Assembly (NCBI GenBank): GCA_965222155.1
Contig: CBDCTH010000012.1
Coordinates: 2,656,001 to 2,720,000, forward strand
From: Gammaproteobacteria bacterium
GTDB taxonomy: Bacteria > Pseudomonadota > Gammaproteobacteria > Eutrophobiales > Eutrophobiaceae
DNA: 64,000 nt
Direction of reading: 5' to 3'
Position numbers and translations under genes: made by a program. The notes beneath the pieces are model-generated. The model was given only the letters and a program-made list of their open reading frames with translations, searched no databases and was not told the origin of the DNA. This document shows positions 45,454 to 56,585 of this stretch, in pieces (the first letter of the stretch is position 1; each line of letters begins with the position of its first letter).

Positions 45454-47145
45454 ATGAATACAGGGCTCAGCTTTGTCAACGGCACCGGCAACAAACCGCT
45501 GATCTACCAGACCATCGGCAATGCCTTGCAATCTGCTGCGGAGACGTTTCCGCAGCGGGAGGCCCTGGTTGTGCGTCACCAGGATATTCGTTGGACCTAC
45601 ACGGAGTTGCTGCGGCGCGTGGATGATCTGGCGGCCGGGTTAATTGCCCTGGGGTTTGCTCCCGGTGACCGGATCGGAATCTGGGCGCCCAACTGCGCCG
45701 AATGGGTGCTCACCCAGTTTGCCACGGCCAGGGCCGGCCTTATCCTGGTGAACATCAATCCGGCATACCGCAGTCATGAACTCGAGTTTGCTTTGAACAA
45801 AGTTTCCTGTAAGGGGCTGGTAACCGCCTCCAGGTTCAAGAGCAGTGATTACTTTGCCATGCTGGCAGAGCTGGCGCCTGAGTTGAATTCAACCGGTCCG
45901 GGACGATTGTCTTCCAGCAGGTTGCCCCACCTGAAAACAGTCATCCGGCTGGGGGAGGAAGAAACACCCGGCTGTTATAACTTCAATGCACTACCCGCAA
46001 TGGGCGGCACTGCCGAAAAACAGAAGCTGAAGGAACTGTTCTCCCTGCTGCAACCTGACGACGCCATCAATATCCAGTTCACCAGTGGCACGACCGGGTC
46101 GCCCAAGGGCGCCACTCTGACCCATTTCAATATACTCAATAACGGCTATTTTGTAGGCCAAGCCATGAAGTTCACCGAATGGGACAGGCTGTGTATCCCG
46201 GTGCCGTTTTATCACTGTTTCGGCATGGTGATGGGCAACCTCAACTGTACCATTCACGGCGCCACCATGGTCATACCGAATGACGGTTTTGACCCTGCAC
46301 TGACCCTGGCAGCGGTAAGCGAGGAAAGGTGTACTGCCTTGTACGGTGTTCCTACCATGTTTATCGCCGAACTGGACCTGCCGGACTTTCCGGATTATGA
46401 CCTCTCCAGCCTGCGTACCGGTATTATGGCCGGGTCGTCCTGCCCCATCGAAGTCATGAAACGGGTCGTCGCCGAGATGAACATGAGCGAGATCACCATC
46501 GCTTACGGTATGACGGAGACCAGCCCGGTCAGTTTCCAAAGCAGCACCGACGATCCGCTGGAACGCCGGGTATCCACCGTAGGCCGTATTCACCCCCACG
46601 TGCAGGTGAAGATCATCGACCAGGCAGGACGCACGGTACCCATAGGTGAGAAAGGAGAACTGTGTACCCGGGGCTATAACGTCATGTCAGGTTACTGGGA
46701 TGACCCGGACAAGACCGGGGAAGCCGTTGACACAGTCGGCTGGATGCATACCGGCGACCTGGCCACCCTCGATGCGGAAGGTTATTGCAATATTGTCGGG
46801 CGCGTGAAAGACATGGTGATACGCGGAGGGGAGAATATCTACCCCCGCGAAGTCGAGGAATTCCTGTATGGCCACGACAAGATACAGGACGTATCCGTAT
46901 TCGGCGTTCCGGACGATAAGTACGGTGAGCAACTCTGCGCCTGGATAAAGCTGAAGCAGGGACAGGAGGCCGGCGAGGCAGAGATCAAGGCGTTCTGCAA
47001 AGATAAGATCGCCTACAACAAGGTGCCGTATTATGTCCGATTTGTCGAGGAGTTCCCCATGACGGTCACCGGCAAGGCACAGAAGTTCATCATGCGCGAC
47101 AGGATGATCGAGGAGTTGGGCCTGACGCTCCGGGAGACTGCATAA
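45454..47145 (+). CDS. Acyl-CoA synthetase (AMP-binding, ACSF2-like)
   Basis: [36 protein letters not shown]. Confidence 0.92.
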   Translation: MNTGLSFVNGTGNKPLIYQTIGNALQSAAETFPQREALVVRHQDIRWTYTELLRRVDDLAAGLIALGFAPGDRIGIWAPNCAEWVLTQFATARAGLILVNINPAYRSHELEFALNKVSCKGLVTASRFKSSDYFAMLAELAPELNSTGPGRLSSSRLPHLKTVIRLGEEETPGCYNFNALPAMGGTAEKQKLKELFSLLQPDDAINIQFTSGTTGSPKGATLTHFNILNNGYFVGQAMKFTEWDRLCIPVPFYHCFGMVMGNLNCTIHGATMVIPNDGFDPALTLAAVSEERCTALYGVPTMFIAELDLPDFPDYDLSSLRTGIMAGSSCPIEVMKRVVAEMNMSEITIAYGMTETSPVSFQSSTDDPLERRVSTVGRIHPHVQVKIIDQAGRTVPIGEKGELCTRGYNVMSGYWDDPDKTGEAVDTVGWMHTGDLATLDAEGYCNIVGRVKDMVIRGGENIYPREVEEFLYGHDKIQDVSVFGVPDDKYGEQLCAWIKLKQGQEAGEAEIKAFCKDKIAYNKVPYYVRFVEEFPMTVTGKAQKFIMRDRMIEELGLTLRETA

Positions 47146-47259
47146 TTGGCTTTAACCCGGTGCAACAATCCCACACTCAACAGTATTAAAATCGTATTGT
47201 CACGTTAGCGGGGACTGCTGTCTGTGCAGTGTCCAGGTGTTGTCGACGGATATAGGTTT

Positions 47260-47348
47260 GGATATTTGGGGTCAGCGTAAAAATACTCAACAACAAGCCA
47301 CTATCACTTGCCAAACTGACTGTATTTTTACGCTGACCCCAAATATCC
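47260..47348. repeat. Perfect 27-bp inverted repeat with 35-bp spacer (REP doublet-like)
   Basis: GGATATTTGGGGTCAGCGTAAAAATAC ... GTATTTTTACGCTGACCCCAAATATCC; a related half-site lies at about 44623-44643. Confidence 0.8.
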
Positions 47349-47751
47349 TAATGTGTTCATCATCCAGCCATAACAGACTGCGCTTGATGCGTTCATTGCG
47401 CACATCCATGTACGCAACCCTGCGGGCGGCTGTTGCCGTGCAAATCGGCTATCCTGCCGATTTGTCTTGCTTGTCTTTTTGCTGCGCTCCATCCCCCTGC
47501 TCAACTCCATACAGAGCCTGCCCCTGCGGTTGTAAGCAGGGGGGCAGGCTCTGGAGCGCCCCCTTCGGGCAATCTTCGAGTGTCCAAATCCATTCCAGAT
47601 GGATTTGTTGCGCCAGCAGGCAGGTCGGTAATTCATAGTCCATAGGGGGTGAGTTGCGATTATGCCCGGGGCAGATTATCATTCCGTATCAACACAAGCA
47701 CCCCAGGGGGCGAACCCAGCTACCATTGAGCACTGAACCAGGAGGCAATCT

Positions 47752-50700
47752 ATGAAGATAATCCCTGACCCCGGTCCGACAGGCCCGGAACACGCACAAT
47801 CCTGTTGCTGCAGCAGCTGTTCGGCAGTGAACCTGGAACAGCGAGTATCCCAATCTCAAGGCTCTCAAGGCTTTCAAGGTTCTCAAGACTCTCAAAACGC
47901 CCCGGCCGCTGCGGAGAAGCTGCCCCAATGGGGCGTACTGGCCTCGGACTCCTATGATTGGATCGCCGACTATATCAATGTTTCGGACAGGTACTTTCCG
48001 ATTGAGCCCGGCGGCGAGATCACGGTGAACCTCACCGGTCTGACCGCTGCGGGCCAGCAACTCGCCCGGTGGGCCTTCGAGGCCTGGGAGTCGGTGGCGA
48101 ACCTGACCTTTCGGGAAGTGGAAAAGGACGCTAAAATCACCTTCGACGATGAGTCCCCGGGTGGCCGGGCGAACCTCGTTAAGGCGGGGGGCGGCGGGTT
48201 CCTCTCGGTCAAGGTAAATGTGGGGCAGACGATGCTCCGCTTGTATGGTGACGGTCTCGGCAGCGAGACGTTCAATACCTACCTCCACGAGATTGGCCAT
48301 GCGCTGGGCTTGGGCCATACCGGTTACTACGATGGCGATGCTACGTACGGGGTTGACAACCTGTATAAGGCTGACTCCTACCAGACGTCGGTCATGTCGT
48401 ACTTCGACCAAAACGGGAATACCGACATCGATGCAAGCTACGCCTATCCGGTCACGCCGATGATGGCCGACATCCTGGCGATTCAGAAGAAGTATGGCGT
48501 CCCCGAGACCAACCCCGGGGACACGGTGTACGGCTACCAGTCCAACGTCGGCGGCTACCTGGGGCAGGTCTTCGCGGCACTCACCGGGCAAGCGAGTAAG
48601 CTCGATCATCCGGTGACACTGACGCTGTTCGACAGCGGCGGGAAAGACCAGCTGGACCTGCGCACGGACGAGGCGGACCAGCGGGTGGACCTGCGTCCGG
48701 AGGGCGTCTCGGACGTGTACGGGATGAAGGGCAACTGGCTGATAGCGCGGGGCACGGTGATTGAGAACCTGGTGGCCGGTCAGGGCGATGACCAGGTGAT
48801 TGCGAATGCGGCGGTGAACGAGTTGGACGGTGGCCCGGGCAGTGACACGGTATCCTATGTGGGCTCGGATGCCGGGGTGCGGGTGGACCTGGAGGCGGGG
48901 ACAGGTGCCGGCGGTCATGCTCAGGGCGACACGCTCAGAAACTTTGAGCACGTGGTGGGCTCGGCACACGCTGATGAGTTGCGCGGTGACGGCAGCGCCA
49001 ACCGGTTGTCGGGTGGCGCCGGGGACGATGCGTTGTACGGCAACGCGGGCGCGGACACGCTGGACGGGGGCGCGGGTAACGACCGGCTGTACGGTCACGA
49101 GGGCGCGGACCGGTTGCGCGGAGGGCGCGGCGCGGACACCCTGGACGGAGGCGCCGGGGCGGACACGCTGGAGGGCGGCAGTGGGGAGAACAGTGCGGCC
49201 TACCGGGGCTCGGACATCGGGGTGGAGGTGAACCTGGACAGCGGGGTGGTGTCAGGCGGTCATGCTGCGGGCGACACGCTCATCAGCATCAAGCACCTTA
49301 TCGGCTCGGCCTATGCCGACACGCTGACGGGGGATGCGGACGCCAACCAGCTGGGCGGCGGCGGCGGCAACGACCGGCTGGCCGGCGGCGGCGGCAACGA
49401 TGTGTTGGCTGGCGGGGCCGGGGATGACATGCTGGCCGGCGGGGCCGGCAACGATGTGCTGGCGGGTGGGGCCGGCGCCGATACGCTGGGCGGCGGGGCC
49501 GGAGCGGACACGGCATCCTACGCTGACTCCGATGCGAGAGTGCAGGTGAACTTGCGTAGCGGGGCGGTGTCGGGGGGTGATGCCGAGGGCGACACGCTCA
49601 CCGGCATCGAGCACCTCATCGGTTCGGCACATGACGACAAGCTGACCGGGGATACCGGCGCCAACCAGCTGGCGGGCGGGGCCGGGGACGATGAGTTGTA
49701 CGGCAAAGCGGGCGCTGACACGCTGGACGGGGGCGAGGGTAACGACCGGCTGTACGGTCACGCGGGTGACGACGTGCTGGTGGGCGGGGCTGGCGCCGAC
49801 ACGCTGGGCGGCGGGGCCGGGGCCGACACGGCGTCTTACAGCGGCTCTGCGGTGGGGGTGCAGATTGACCTGGAAGCGGGCACGTTCCAGGGAGGCGATG
49901 CAGTGGGCGACCGCCTCAACTCGATTGAGCGGCTTGAAGGCTCGCGCCATGCCGACCACCTGGCCGGCAGTGCGGCGGGGGATTGGTTGGCCGGCGCGGA
50001 CGGGGACGACCGGTTGGTGGGGCGGTTGGGCCATGACCGGCTGGCCGGCGATGCGGGCGATGACCAGTTGGAGGGTGGCGACGGTGATGACCGGCTGGTC
50101 GGTGGCGACGGCGATGACCAGTTGGAGGGTGGCGACGGTGATGACCGGCTGGCTGGCGATGTGGGCGATGACGTGCTGGAGGGCGGCGCCGGCGCGGACC
50201 GGCTCAAGGGCGGCGCCGGGTATGATACTGCCTCGTATGCGGGCTCCCCGGTCGGGGTACGGATTGACCTGGCGGCACAGACATTCCAGGGGGGCGATGC
50301 CGCCGGGGATGCGCTCACTGATATTGAGCGGATTGTCGGCTCGGGGCAGGGCGATGTGCTGCGGGGGAGTGACGAGACAGACCACCTGGTCGGGGCCGGT
50401 GGGGATGATGAGCTGGCCGGGCGGGCGGGGGACGATACGCTGGCGGGCGGTGCCGGCGCGGACGTACTGGACGGCGGCGCCGGGGGCGACACCGTCTCGT
50501 ATGCCGACTCGGGTGCTGGGGTGCAGGTGAACCTGGACACCGGCGCGCGCTCAGGGGGCGATGCGGCGGGCGACAGGCTCAGCAGCATCGAGAGTATCAT
50601 CGGCTCGGCGCATAACGACGGTTTGACGGGCGATGGCAAGGCCAATCGGCTGGCAGGCGGCACGGGGGACGACACGCTGCGCGGCGGCGCCGGGGACGAT

Positions 50701-53700
50701 GTGCTGGAAGGGGGCGCCGGCGCGGACGTGCTGGACGGTGAAGGCGGTACCGATACGCTGTCCTATGCCGGCTCTGCGTCAGGGGTAGTGGTCATTCTGG
50801 GTAACGGTACGGTGTCGGGGGGTGATGCTCAGGGTGACACGTTTGCCAACGTTGAGAATGTGGTCGGCTCTGCGCGGACTGATTCGCTGTACGGGGACGA
50901 CAGCGCCAACCGGCTGGACGGGGGCGCCGGTGATGACAGGATGGCGGGTTGGTATGGTGCTGACGAGCTGTATGGTGAGGAGGGCGCTGACCGCCTGTAC
51001 GGCAACGCGGGTAACGACGTACTGGACGGCGGGGTTGGTAATGACTTCCTGAGCGGCGGCCCCGGGGCGGACACCCTGAGCGGGGGCGGGGGCGCCGACA
51101 GCCTGGATGGGGATACCGGGGCGGACACCTTCCGATACAGTGCCGCGGCGGACTCGACCGTAACCAACCCGGACCGCATCCTGGACTTCTCAGGGAACGG
51201 CGGGGACGGCGATAAGCTGGACCTGTCCGGCCTGGGCAACGACCTGACGTTTATTGGCACAACGGCCTTCTCCAACAGTGCGGGCGAGGTGCGCTATGTG
51301 CAGCGCGGGACGGACACGGGCAACACCGGCGATGATTACACCGACGTACTGGTTGATGTGGACGGGGACGGCACGGCGAATGTCAAAGTGACTCTGGTCG
51401 GATTACACAGCCTGACACTGGATGACCTGCCGGGCGTACAGGCGCCGCCGGCCCCGGTGGTCAAGCCCCGGGACCTCGACGGCACGCCGGGGGATGATAC
51501 GTTGGTGGGCGATGACCAGGCCAACGTCCTGCGCGGCCTGGCCGGCAACGACACCCTTGAAGGCAAGGCCGGGGCCGACACCCTGGACGGGGGCAGCGGG
51601 GCGGACACCGCGGCCTACACCGACTCGGACGCCGCGGTGCAGGTGGACTTGGACGTCGGGACGGCCACGGGCGGTCATGCCCAGGGCGACACCCTGACAG
51701 GTATTGAGCACCTGCGCGGCTCGGCGCACGCGGATGTGCTACGCGGGGACAACAGTGCCAACCGCCTGTGGGGCGGCGCCGGGGCGGACAAGCTGGTGGG
51801 GCTGTCAGGTAATGACCGCTTGTATGGCGAGGCGGGCGCTGACCGCCTGTATGGCAGCTGGGGAGACGACGTACTGGCCGGTGGCGCCGGCGCAGACGTG
51901 CTGGACGGTGAAGGCGGTACCGACACGCTGTCCTATGCCGGCTCTGCGTCAGGGGTAACGGTCAACCTGGCTACCGGTGCGGTATCGGGCGGGGATGCCC
52001 AGGGTGACACGATTGCCAGTATTGAGAACGTGGTCGGCTCCACGCAGGCCGATGTGCTGGTCGGGGACGGCAGTGCCAACCGGCTGGACGGCGGTGCCGG
52101 GGATGATACCTTACGCGGGGCCGGCGGCGCCGACACCCTGACAGGCGGGGCCGGGGCGGACACCGCGTCCTACACCGACTCCAATGCGGCGGTGCAGGTG
52201 GACCTGGGGAGCGGCACGGCGAGCGGCGGCCATGCCCAGGGTGACACGCTCACCGGCATCGAGCACCTCAGCGGCTCGGCCCATAACGATACACTGCGCG
52301 GCGCGGCCGGCGCCAACACACTGCGCGGGCACGGCGGTGACGACGGGCTGGCGGGCCAGGCCGGCGCGGACCGCCTGGAGGGGGGCGCCGGGGATGACAC
52401 GCTGGACGGCGGCGCGGGATCAGACACCCTGGCCGGGGGGAGCGGGGATGACACCGCGTCCTACACCGACTCCACTGCGGCGGTGCAGGTGGACCTGGAC
52501 ACGGGCACTGCCACAGGCGGCCATGCCCAGGGTGACACGCTCACCGGCATCGAGCACCTCAGCGGCTCGGCCCATAACGATACACTGCGCGGCGCGCCCG
52601 GCGCCAACACGCTGCGCGGGCACGGCGGTGACGACGGGCTGGCGGGCCAGGCCGGCGCGGACCGCCTGGAGGGGGGTCCCGGCGCGGACACGCTGGACGG
52701 CGGCGCCGGGTCAGACACCCTGGACGGGGGCAGCGGGGCGGACACCTTCCACTACAAGGCGGCGGCGGACTCGACCGTAACCAACCCGGACCGCATCCTG
52801 GACTTCTCAGGGAGTAGCGGCGACGGCGACCAACTGGACTTATCCGACTTGGGCAACGACCTGACGTTTATTGGCACAACGGCCTTCTCCAACAGTGCGG
52901 GCGAGGTGCGCTATGTGCAGCGCGGGACGGACACGGGCAACACCGGCGATGATTACACCGACGTACTGGTGGACCTGAACGGCAACGGTACAGCGAATGT
53001 CAAAGTGACCCTGGTCGGATTACACAGCCTGACACTGGATGACCTGCCGGGCGTACAGGCGCCACCGGCCCCGGTGGTCAAGCCCCGGGACCTCGACGGC
53101 ACGCCGGGGGATGATACGTTGGTGGGCGATGCCCGGGACAACGTCCTGCGCGGCCTGGCCGGGGACGACGTCCTGGACGGCAGGGCCGGGGCCGACACCC
53201 TGGACGGGGGGAGCGGGGCGGACACGGCGGCCTACACCGACTCGGACGCCGCGGTGCAGGTGGACTTGGACGTCGGGACGGCCACGGGCGGTCATGCCCA
53301 GGGCGACACCCTGACGAGTATTGAGAACCTGCGCGGCTCGGCGCACGCGGATGTGCTACGCGGGGACAACAGTGCCAACCGCCTGTGGGGCGGCGCCGGG
53401 GCGGACAAGCTGGTGGGGCTGTCAGGTAATGACCGCTTGTATGGCGAGGCGGGCGCTGACCGCCTGTACGGCAGCTGGGGGGACGACGTACTGGCCGGCG
53501 GCGCCGGCGCGGACCACCTGGACGGTGAAGGCGGTACCGACACGCTGTCCTATGCCGGCTCGGCGTCAGGGGTGGCGGTCAACCTGGCCAGCGGTACGGT
53601 ATCGGGGGGGGATGCCCAGGGTGACACGATTGCCAGCGTTGAGAACGTGCTCGGCTCGGCGCAGGACGATGTGCTGGTCGGGAACGGCAGTGCCAACCGG

Positions 53701-56280
53701 CTGGACGGCGGTGCCGGGGATGATACCTTACGCGGGGGCGGCGGCGCCGACACCCTGGGCGGGGGGAGCGGCGCGGACACCTTCCACTACAGTGCCGCGG
53801 CGGACTCGACCGTAACCAACCCGGACCGCATCCTGGACTTCTCAGGGAGTGACGGGGACGGCGACCGGCTGGACTTGTCCGGCCTGGGCAACGACCTGAC
53901 GTTTATCGGGACAACGGCCTTCTCCAACAGTGCGGGCGAGGTGCGCTCTGTGCAGCGCGGCGCGGGCACAAGCAGTGACAGCAGTGATGATTACACCGAC
54001 GTACTGGTGGACCTGAACGGCAACGGCACGGCGAACGTCAAAGTGACTCTGGTCGGATTACACAGCCTGACACTGGATGACCTGCCGGGCGTCCAGGCGC
54101 CGCCGGCCCCGGTGGTCACGCCCCGGGACCTCGACGGCACACCGGGGGATGATACGTTGATGGGCGATGCCCAGGACAACACACTGCGCGGCCTGGCCGG
54201 CAACGACGTCCTTGAAGGCAAGGCCGGGGCCGACACCCTGGACGGGGGCAGCGGGGCGGACACCGCGTCGTATGCCGACTCGGACGCCGCGGTGCAGGTG
54301 GACTTGGACGCCGGGACGGCCAGTGGCGGTCATGCCCAGGGCGACACCCTGACGGGTATTGAGCACCTGCGCGGCTCGGCGCACGCGGATGTGCTGCGCG
54401 GGGACAACAGCGCCAACCGCCTGTGGGGCGGCGCCGGGGCGGACAAGCTGGTGGGGCTGTCAGGTAATGACCGCTTGTATGGCGAGGCGGGCGCTGACCG
54501 CCTGTTCGGCAGCTGGGGGAACGACGTACTGGCCGGTGGCGCCGGCGCGGACCACCTGGACGGTGAAGGCGGTACCGACACGCTGTCCTATGCCGGCTCG
54601 GCGTCAGGGGTGGCGGTCAACCTGGCTGCCGGTACGGTATCGGGGGGGGATGCCCAGGGTGACACGATTGCCAGCGTTGAGAACGTGCTCGGCTCGGCGC
54701 AGGACGATGTGCTGGTCGGGAACGGCAGTGCCAACCGGCTGGACGGCGGTGCCGGGGATGATACCTTACGCGGGGGCGGCGGCGCCGACACCCTGACAGG
54801 CGGGGCCGGGGCGGACACCTTTCAATACAAGGCGGCGGCGGACTCGACCGTGGCCAACCCGGACCGCATCCTGGACTTCTCAGGCAACGGCGGGGACGGT
54901 GACCACCTGGACTTATCCGGCCTGGGCAACAACCTGACGTTTATCGGCACAACGGCCTTCTCCAACAGTGCGGGCGAGGTACGCTACGTGCAGCGCGGCG
55001 CGGCCACAAGCAGCGACACCAGTGATGATTACACCGACGTACTGGTGGACCTGAACGGCAACGGCACAGCGAACGTCAAGCTCACCCTGGTCGGATTACA
55101 CAGCCTGACACTGGATGACCTGCGGGGGGTGCGCGCCGCGCCCCCTGAGCCGGCCGACCCCCCTGCGCCCCCGCCTGAGCCGAGTGGGCCGGCGCCTATT
55201 GTCGGGACAGCGGGTAACGATGCCTTGCACGGGGATGCCCAGGCCAACGTGCTGCGCGGCCTGGCCGGCCAGGACGTACTGGCCGGTCAGGGCGGCGCCG
55301 ACACCCTGGACGGGGGCAGCGGGGAGGACACCGCGACCTACACCGACTCGGACGCCGGGGTGCGGGTGGACCTGGGCCGCGGCACGGCGAGCGGCGGCCA
55401 TGCCGACGGTGACACGTTCATCAGCATCGAGCATGTCATCGGCTCGGCCTATGGCGATACGCTGCGCGGCGACGGCAACGCCAACACGCTGCGCGGGCGG
55501 GCCGGCGACGACACCCTGGCCGGCAACGGCGGGCGCGACGTGCTGGACGGCGGCGCCGGCAATGACACGCTGGCCGGCGGCGCCGGGGCGGACCGCCTCT
55601 ACGGCAGTGGCGGCGCCGACGTGCTGGATGGCGGGACCCATCACGACCTGGTGTCGTATGCGCACTCACCCGCCGGGGTGCGGGTGGACGTGCAGCTCGG
55701 CACCGGCGCCGGCGGGGATGCCGAGGGCGACACGCTCACCAGCATCGAGAGCGTCATCGGCTCGGCGCACGATGACGAGCTCCGGGGCGACTACGGCAAC
55801 AACCTGCTGTCCGGCCTGGCCGGTAACGACCGGTTGGTGGGGCAGGGCGGGCGCGACATGCTGTATGGCGGGGGCGGTGATGACACGCTGGACGGCGGCG
55901 CCGGGGACGACAGGCTGAAGGGCGATGGCGGCAGCGACCGGCTCAGCGGCGGGTCGGGGGCGGACATTTTCTGGTTTATCAGCGCGCCCGACTCGACCCC
56001 GGCGACCCCGGACCGGGTGCTGGATTTCTCAGGCGAGGGGGATGACGGCGACCGGCTGGACCTGTCCGACCTGGGCAACGACCTGGCCTTCATCGGCACG
56101 GCGGCCTTTACCGACACACCGGGGCAGGTGCGCTATAGCCAGCGCGGCGCCGGCACGGGCGGCAACACCGACGATGACTACACCGACGTGTTGGCCGATC
56201 TGAACGGCGACGGCGCGGCCGACTTCATGCTGATCCTGGTTGGGCTGCACAGCCTGACCGACAACGACTTCATCGTGTGA
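47752..56280 (+). CDS. Giant serralysin-like M10 metalloprotease with RTX Ca-binding repeats (2842 aa)
   Basis: [16 protein letters not shown] Met-turn, many GGxGxDxL nonamers, five repeated DSTxxxPDRILDF modules; RBS AGGAGG. Confidence 0.9.
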   Translation: MKIIPDPGPTGPEHAQSCCCSSCSAVNLEQRVSQSQGSQGFQGSQDSQNAPAAAEKLPQWGVLASDSYDWIADYINVSDRYFPIEPGGEITVNLTGLTAAGQQLARWAFEAWESVANLTFREVEKDAKITFDDESPGGRANLVKAGGGGFLSVKVNVGQTMLRLYGDGLGSETFNTYLHEIGHALGLGHTGYYDGDATYGVDNLYKADSYQTSVMSYFDQNGNTDIDASYAYPVTPMMADILAIQKKYGVPETNPGDTVYGYQSNVGGYLGQVFAALTGQASKLDHPVTLTLFDSGGKDQLDLRTDEADQRVDLRPEGVSDVYGMKGNWLIARGTVIENLVAGQGDDQVIANAAVNELDGGPGSDTVSYVGSDAGVRVDLEAGTGAGGHAQGDTLRNFEHVVGSAHADELRGDGSANRLSGGAGDDALYGNAGADTLDGGAGNDRLYGHEGADRLRGGRGADTLDGGAGADTLEGGSGENSAAYRGSDIGVEVNLDSGVVSGGHAAGDTLISIKHLIGSAYADTLTGDADANQLGGGGGNDRLAGGGGNDVLAGGAGDDMLAGGAGNDVLAGGAGADTLGGGAGADTASYADSDARVQVNLRSGAVSGGDAEGDTLTGIEHLIGSAHDDKLTGDTGANQLAGGAGDDELYGKAGADTLDGGEGNDRLYGHAGDDVLVGGAGADTLGGGAGADTASYSGSAVGVQIDLEAGTFQGGDAVGDRLNSIERLEGSRHADHLAGSAAGDWLAGADGDDRLVGRLGHDRLAGDAGDDQLEGGDGDDRLVGGDGDDQLEGGDGDDRLAGDVGDDVLEGGAGADRLKGGAGYDTASYAGSPVGVRIDLAAQTFQGGDAAGDALTDIERIVGSGQGDVLRGSDETDHLVGAGGDDELAGRAGDDTLAGGAGADVLDGGAGGDTVSYADSGAGVQVNLDTGARSGGDAAGDRLSSIESIIGSAHNDGLTGDGKANRLAGGTGDDTLRGGAGDDVLEGGAGADVLDGEGGTDTLSYAGSASGVVVILGNGTVSGGDAQGDTFANVENVVGSARTDSLYGDDSANRLDGGAGDDRMAGWYGADELYGEEGADRLYGNAGNDVLDGGVGNDFLSGGPGADTLSGGGGADSLDGDTGADTFRYSAAADSTVTNPDRILDFSGNGGDGDKLDLSGLGNDLTFIGTTAFSNSAGEVRYVQRGTDTGNTGDDYTDVLVDVDGDGTANVKVTLVGLHSLTLDDLPGVQAPPAPVVKPRDLDGTPGDDTLVGDDQANVLRGLAGNDTLEGKAGADTLDGGSGADTAAYTDSDAAVQVDLDVGTATGGHAQGDTLTGIEHLRGSAHADVLRGDNSANRLWGGAGADKLVGLSGNDRLYGEAGADRLYGSWGDDVLAGGAGADVLDGEGGTDTLSYAGSASGVTVNLATGAVSGGDAQGDTIASIENVVGSTQADVLVGDGSANRLDGGAGDDTLRGAGGADTLTGGAGADTASYTDSNAAVQVDLGSGTASGGHAQGDTLTGIEHLSGSAHNDTLRGAAGANTLRGHGGDDGLAGQAGADRLEGGAGDDTLDGGAGSDTLAGGSGDDTASYTDSTAAVQVDLDTGTATGGHAQGDTLTGIEHLSGSAHNDTLRGAPGANTLRGHGGDDGLAGQAGADRLEGGPGADTLDGGAGSDTLDGGSGADTFHYKAAADSTVTNPDRILDFSGSSGDGDQLDLSDLGNDLTFIGTTAFSNSAGEVRYVQRGTDTGNTGDDYTDVLVDLNGNGTANVKVTLVGLHSLTLDDLPGVQAPPAPVVKPRDLDGTPGDDTLVGDARDNVLRGLAGDDVLDGRAGADTLDGGSGADTAAYTDSDAAVQVDLDVGTATGGHAQGDTLTSIENLRGSAHADVLRGDNSANRLWGGAGADKLVGLSGNDRLYGEAGADRLYGSWGDDVLAGGAGADHLDGEGGTDTLSYAGSASGVAVNLASGTVSGGDAQGDTIASVENVLGSAQDDVLVGNGSANRLDGGAGDDTLRGGGGADTLGGGSGADTFHYSAAADSTVTNPDRILDFSGSDGDGDRLDLSGLGNDLTFIGTTAFSNSAGEVRSVQRGAGTSSDSSDDYTDVLVDLNGNGTANVKVTLVGLHSLTLDDLPGVQAPPAPVVTPRDLDGTPGDDTLMGDAQDNTLRGLAGNDVLEGKAGADTLDGGSGADTASYADSDAAVQVDLDAGTASGGHAQGDTLTGIEHLRGSAHADVLRGDNSANRLWGGAGADKLVGLSGNDRLYGEAGADRLFGSWGNDVLAGGAGADHLDGEGGTDTLSYAGSASGVAVNLAAGTVSGGDAQGDTIASVENVLGSAQDDVLVGNGSANRLDGGAGDDTLRGGGGADTLTGGAGADTFQYKAAADSTVANPDRILDFSGNGGDGDHLDLSGLGNNLTFIGTTAFSNSAGEVRYVQRGAATSSDTSDDYTDVLVDLNGNGTANVKLTLVGLHSLTLDDLRGVRAAPPEPADPPAPPPEPSGPAPIVGTAGNDALHGDAQANVLRGLAGQDVLAGQGGADTLDGGSGEDTATYTDSDAGVRVDLGRGTASGGHADGDTFISIEHVIGSAYGDTLRGDGNANTLRGRAGDDTLAGNGGRDVLDGGAGNDTLAGGAGADRLYGSGGADVLDGGTHHDLVSYAHSPAGVRVDVQLGTGAGGDAEGDTLTSIESVIGSAHDDELRGDYGNNLLSGLAGNDRLVGQGGRDMLYGGGGDDTLDGGAGDDRLKGDGGSDRLSGGSGADIFWFISAPDSTPATPDRVLDFSGEGDDGDRLDLSDLGNDLAFIGTAAFTDTPGQVRYSQRGAGTGGNTDDDYTDVLADLNGDGAADFMLILVGLHSLTDNDFIV

Positions 56281-56585
56281 GCCGGGTCCGGCAGCCGTCA
56301 ACGTGACCCGCGCTGCGGTCGTGGTCCGCTTCAGCCCATTGGAGCTGTGAAAAAACGACCGGGGCAATCCGGTTCATTTCCTCAGCAGCGGTGCCGAGAC
56401 TCACCCTGATTTCAAGGGCCTTGGGGCCATGACGTTTTTCCCCGGCCCATGATGAAGATGCACACAACAAGATGATTAGTAGCAGTAATCTATGAATATT
56501 CATCAGCTTTCCTCCACGCTCAACGGTCATGATTACAGGTAAAAGATAATCGTGATCTCGTTTACGTTCAACAGTTGGCGGTTTT

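Noticed and set aside
51100-56280. Long direct repeats as a CRISPR array or DGR template
   Set aside because: They are in-frame protein repeats without unique spacers; no cas or reverse transcriptase gene is present.
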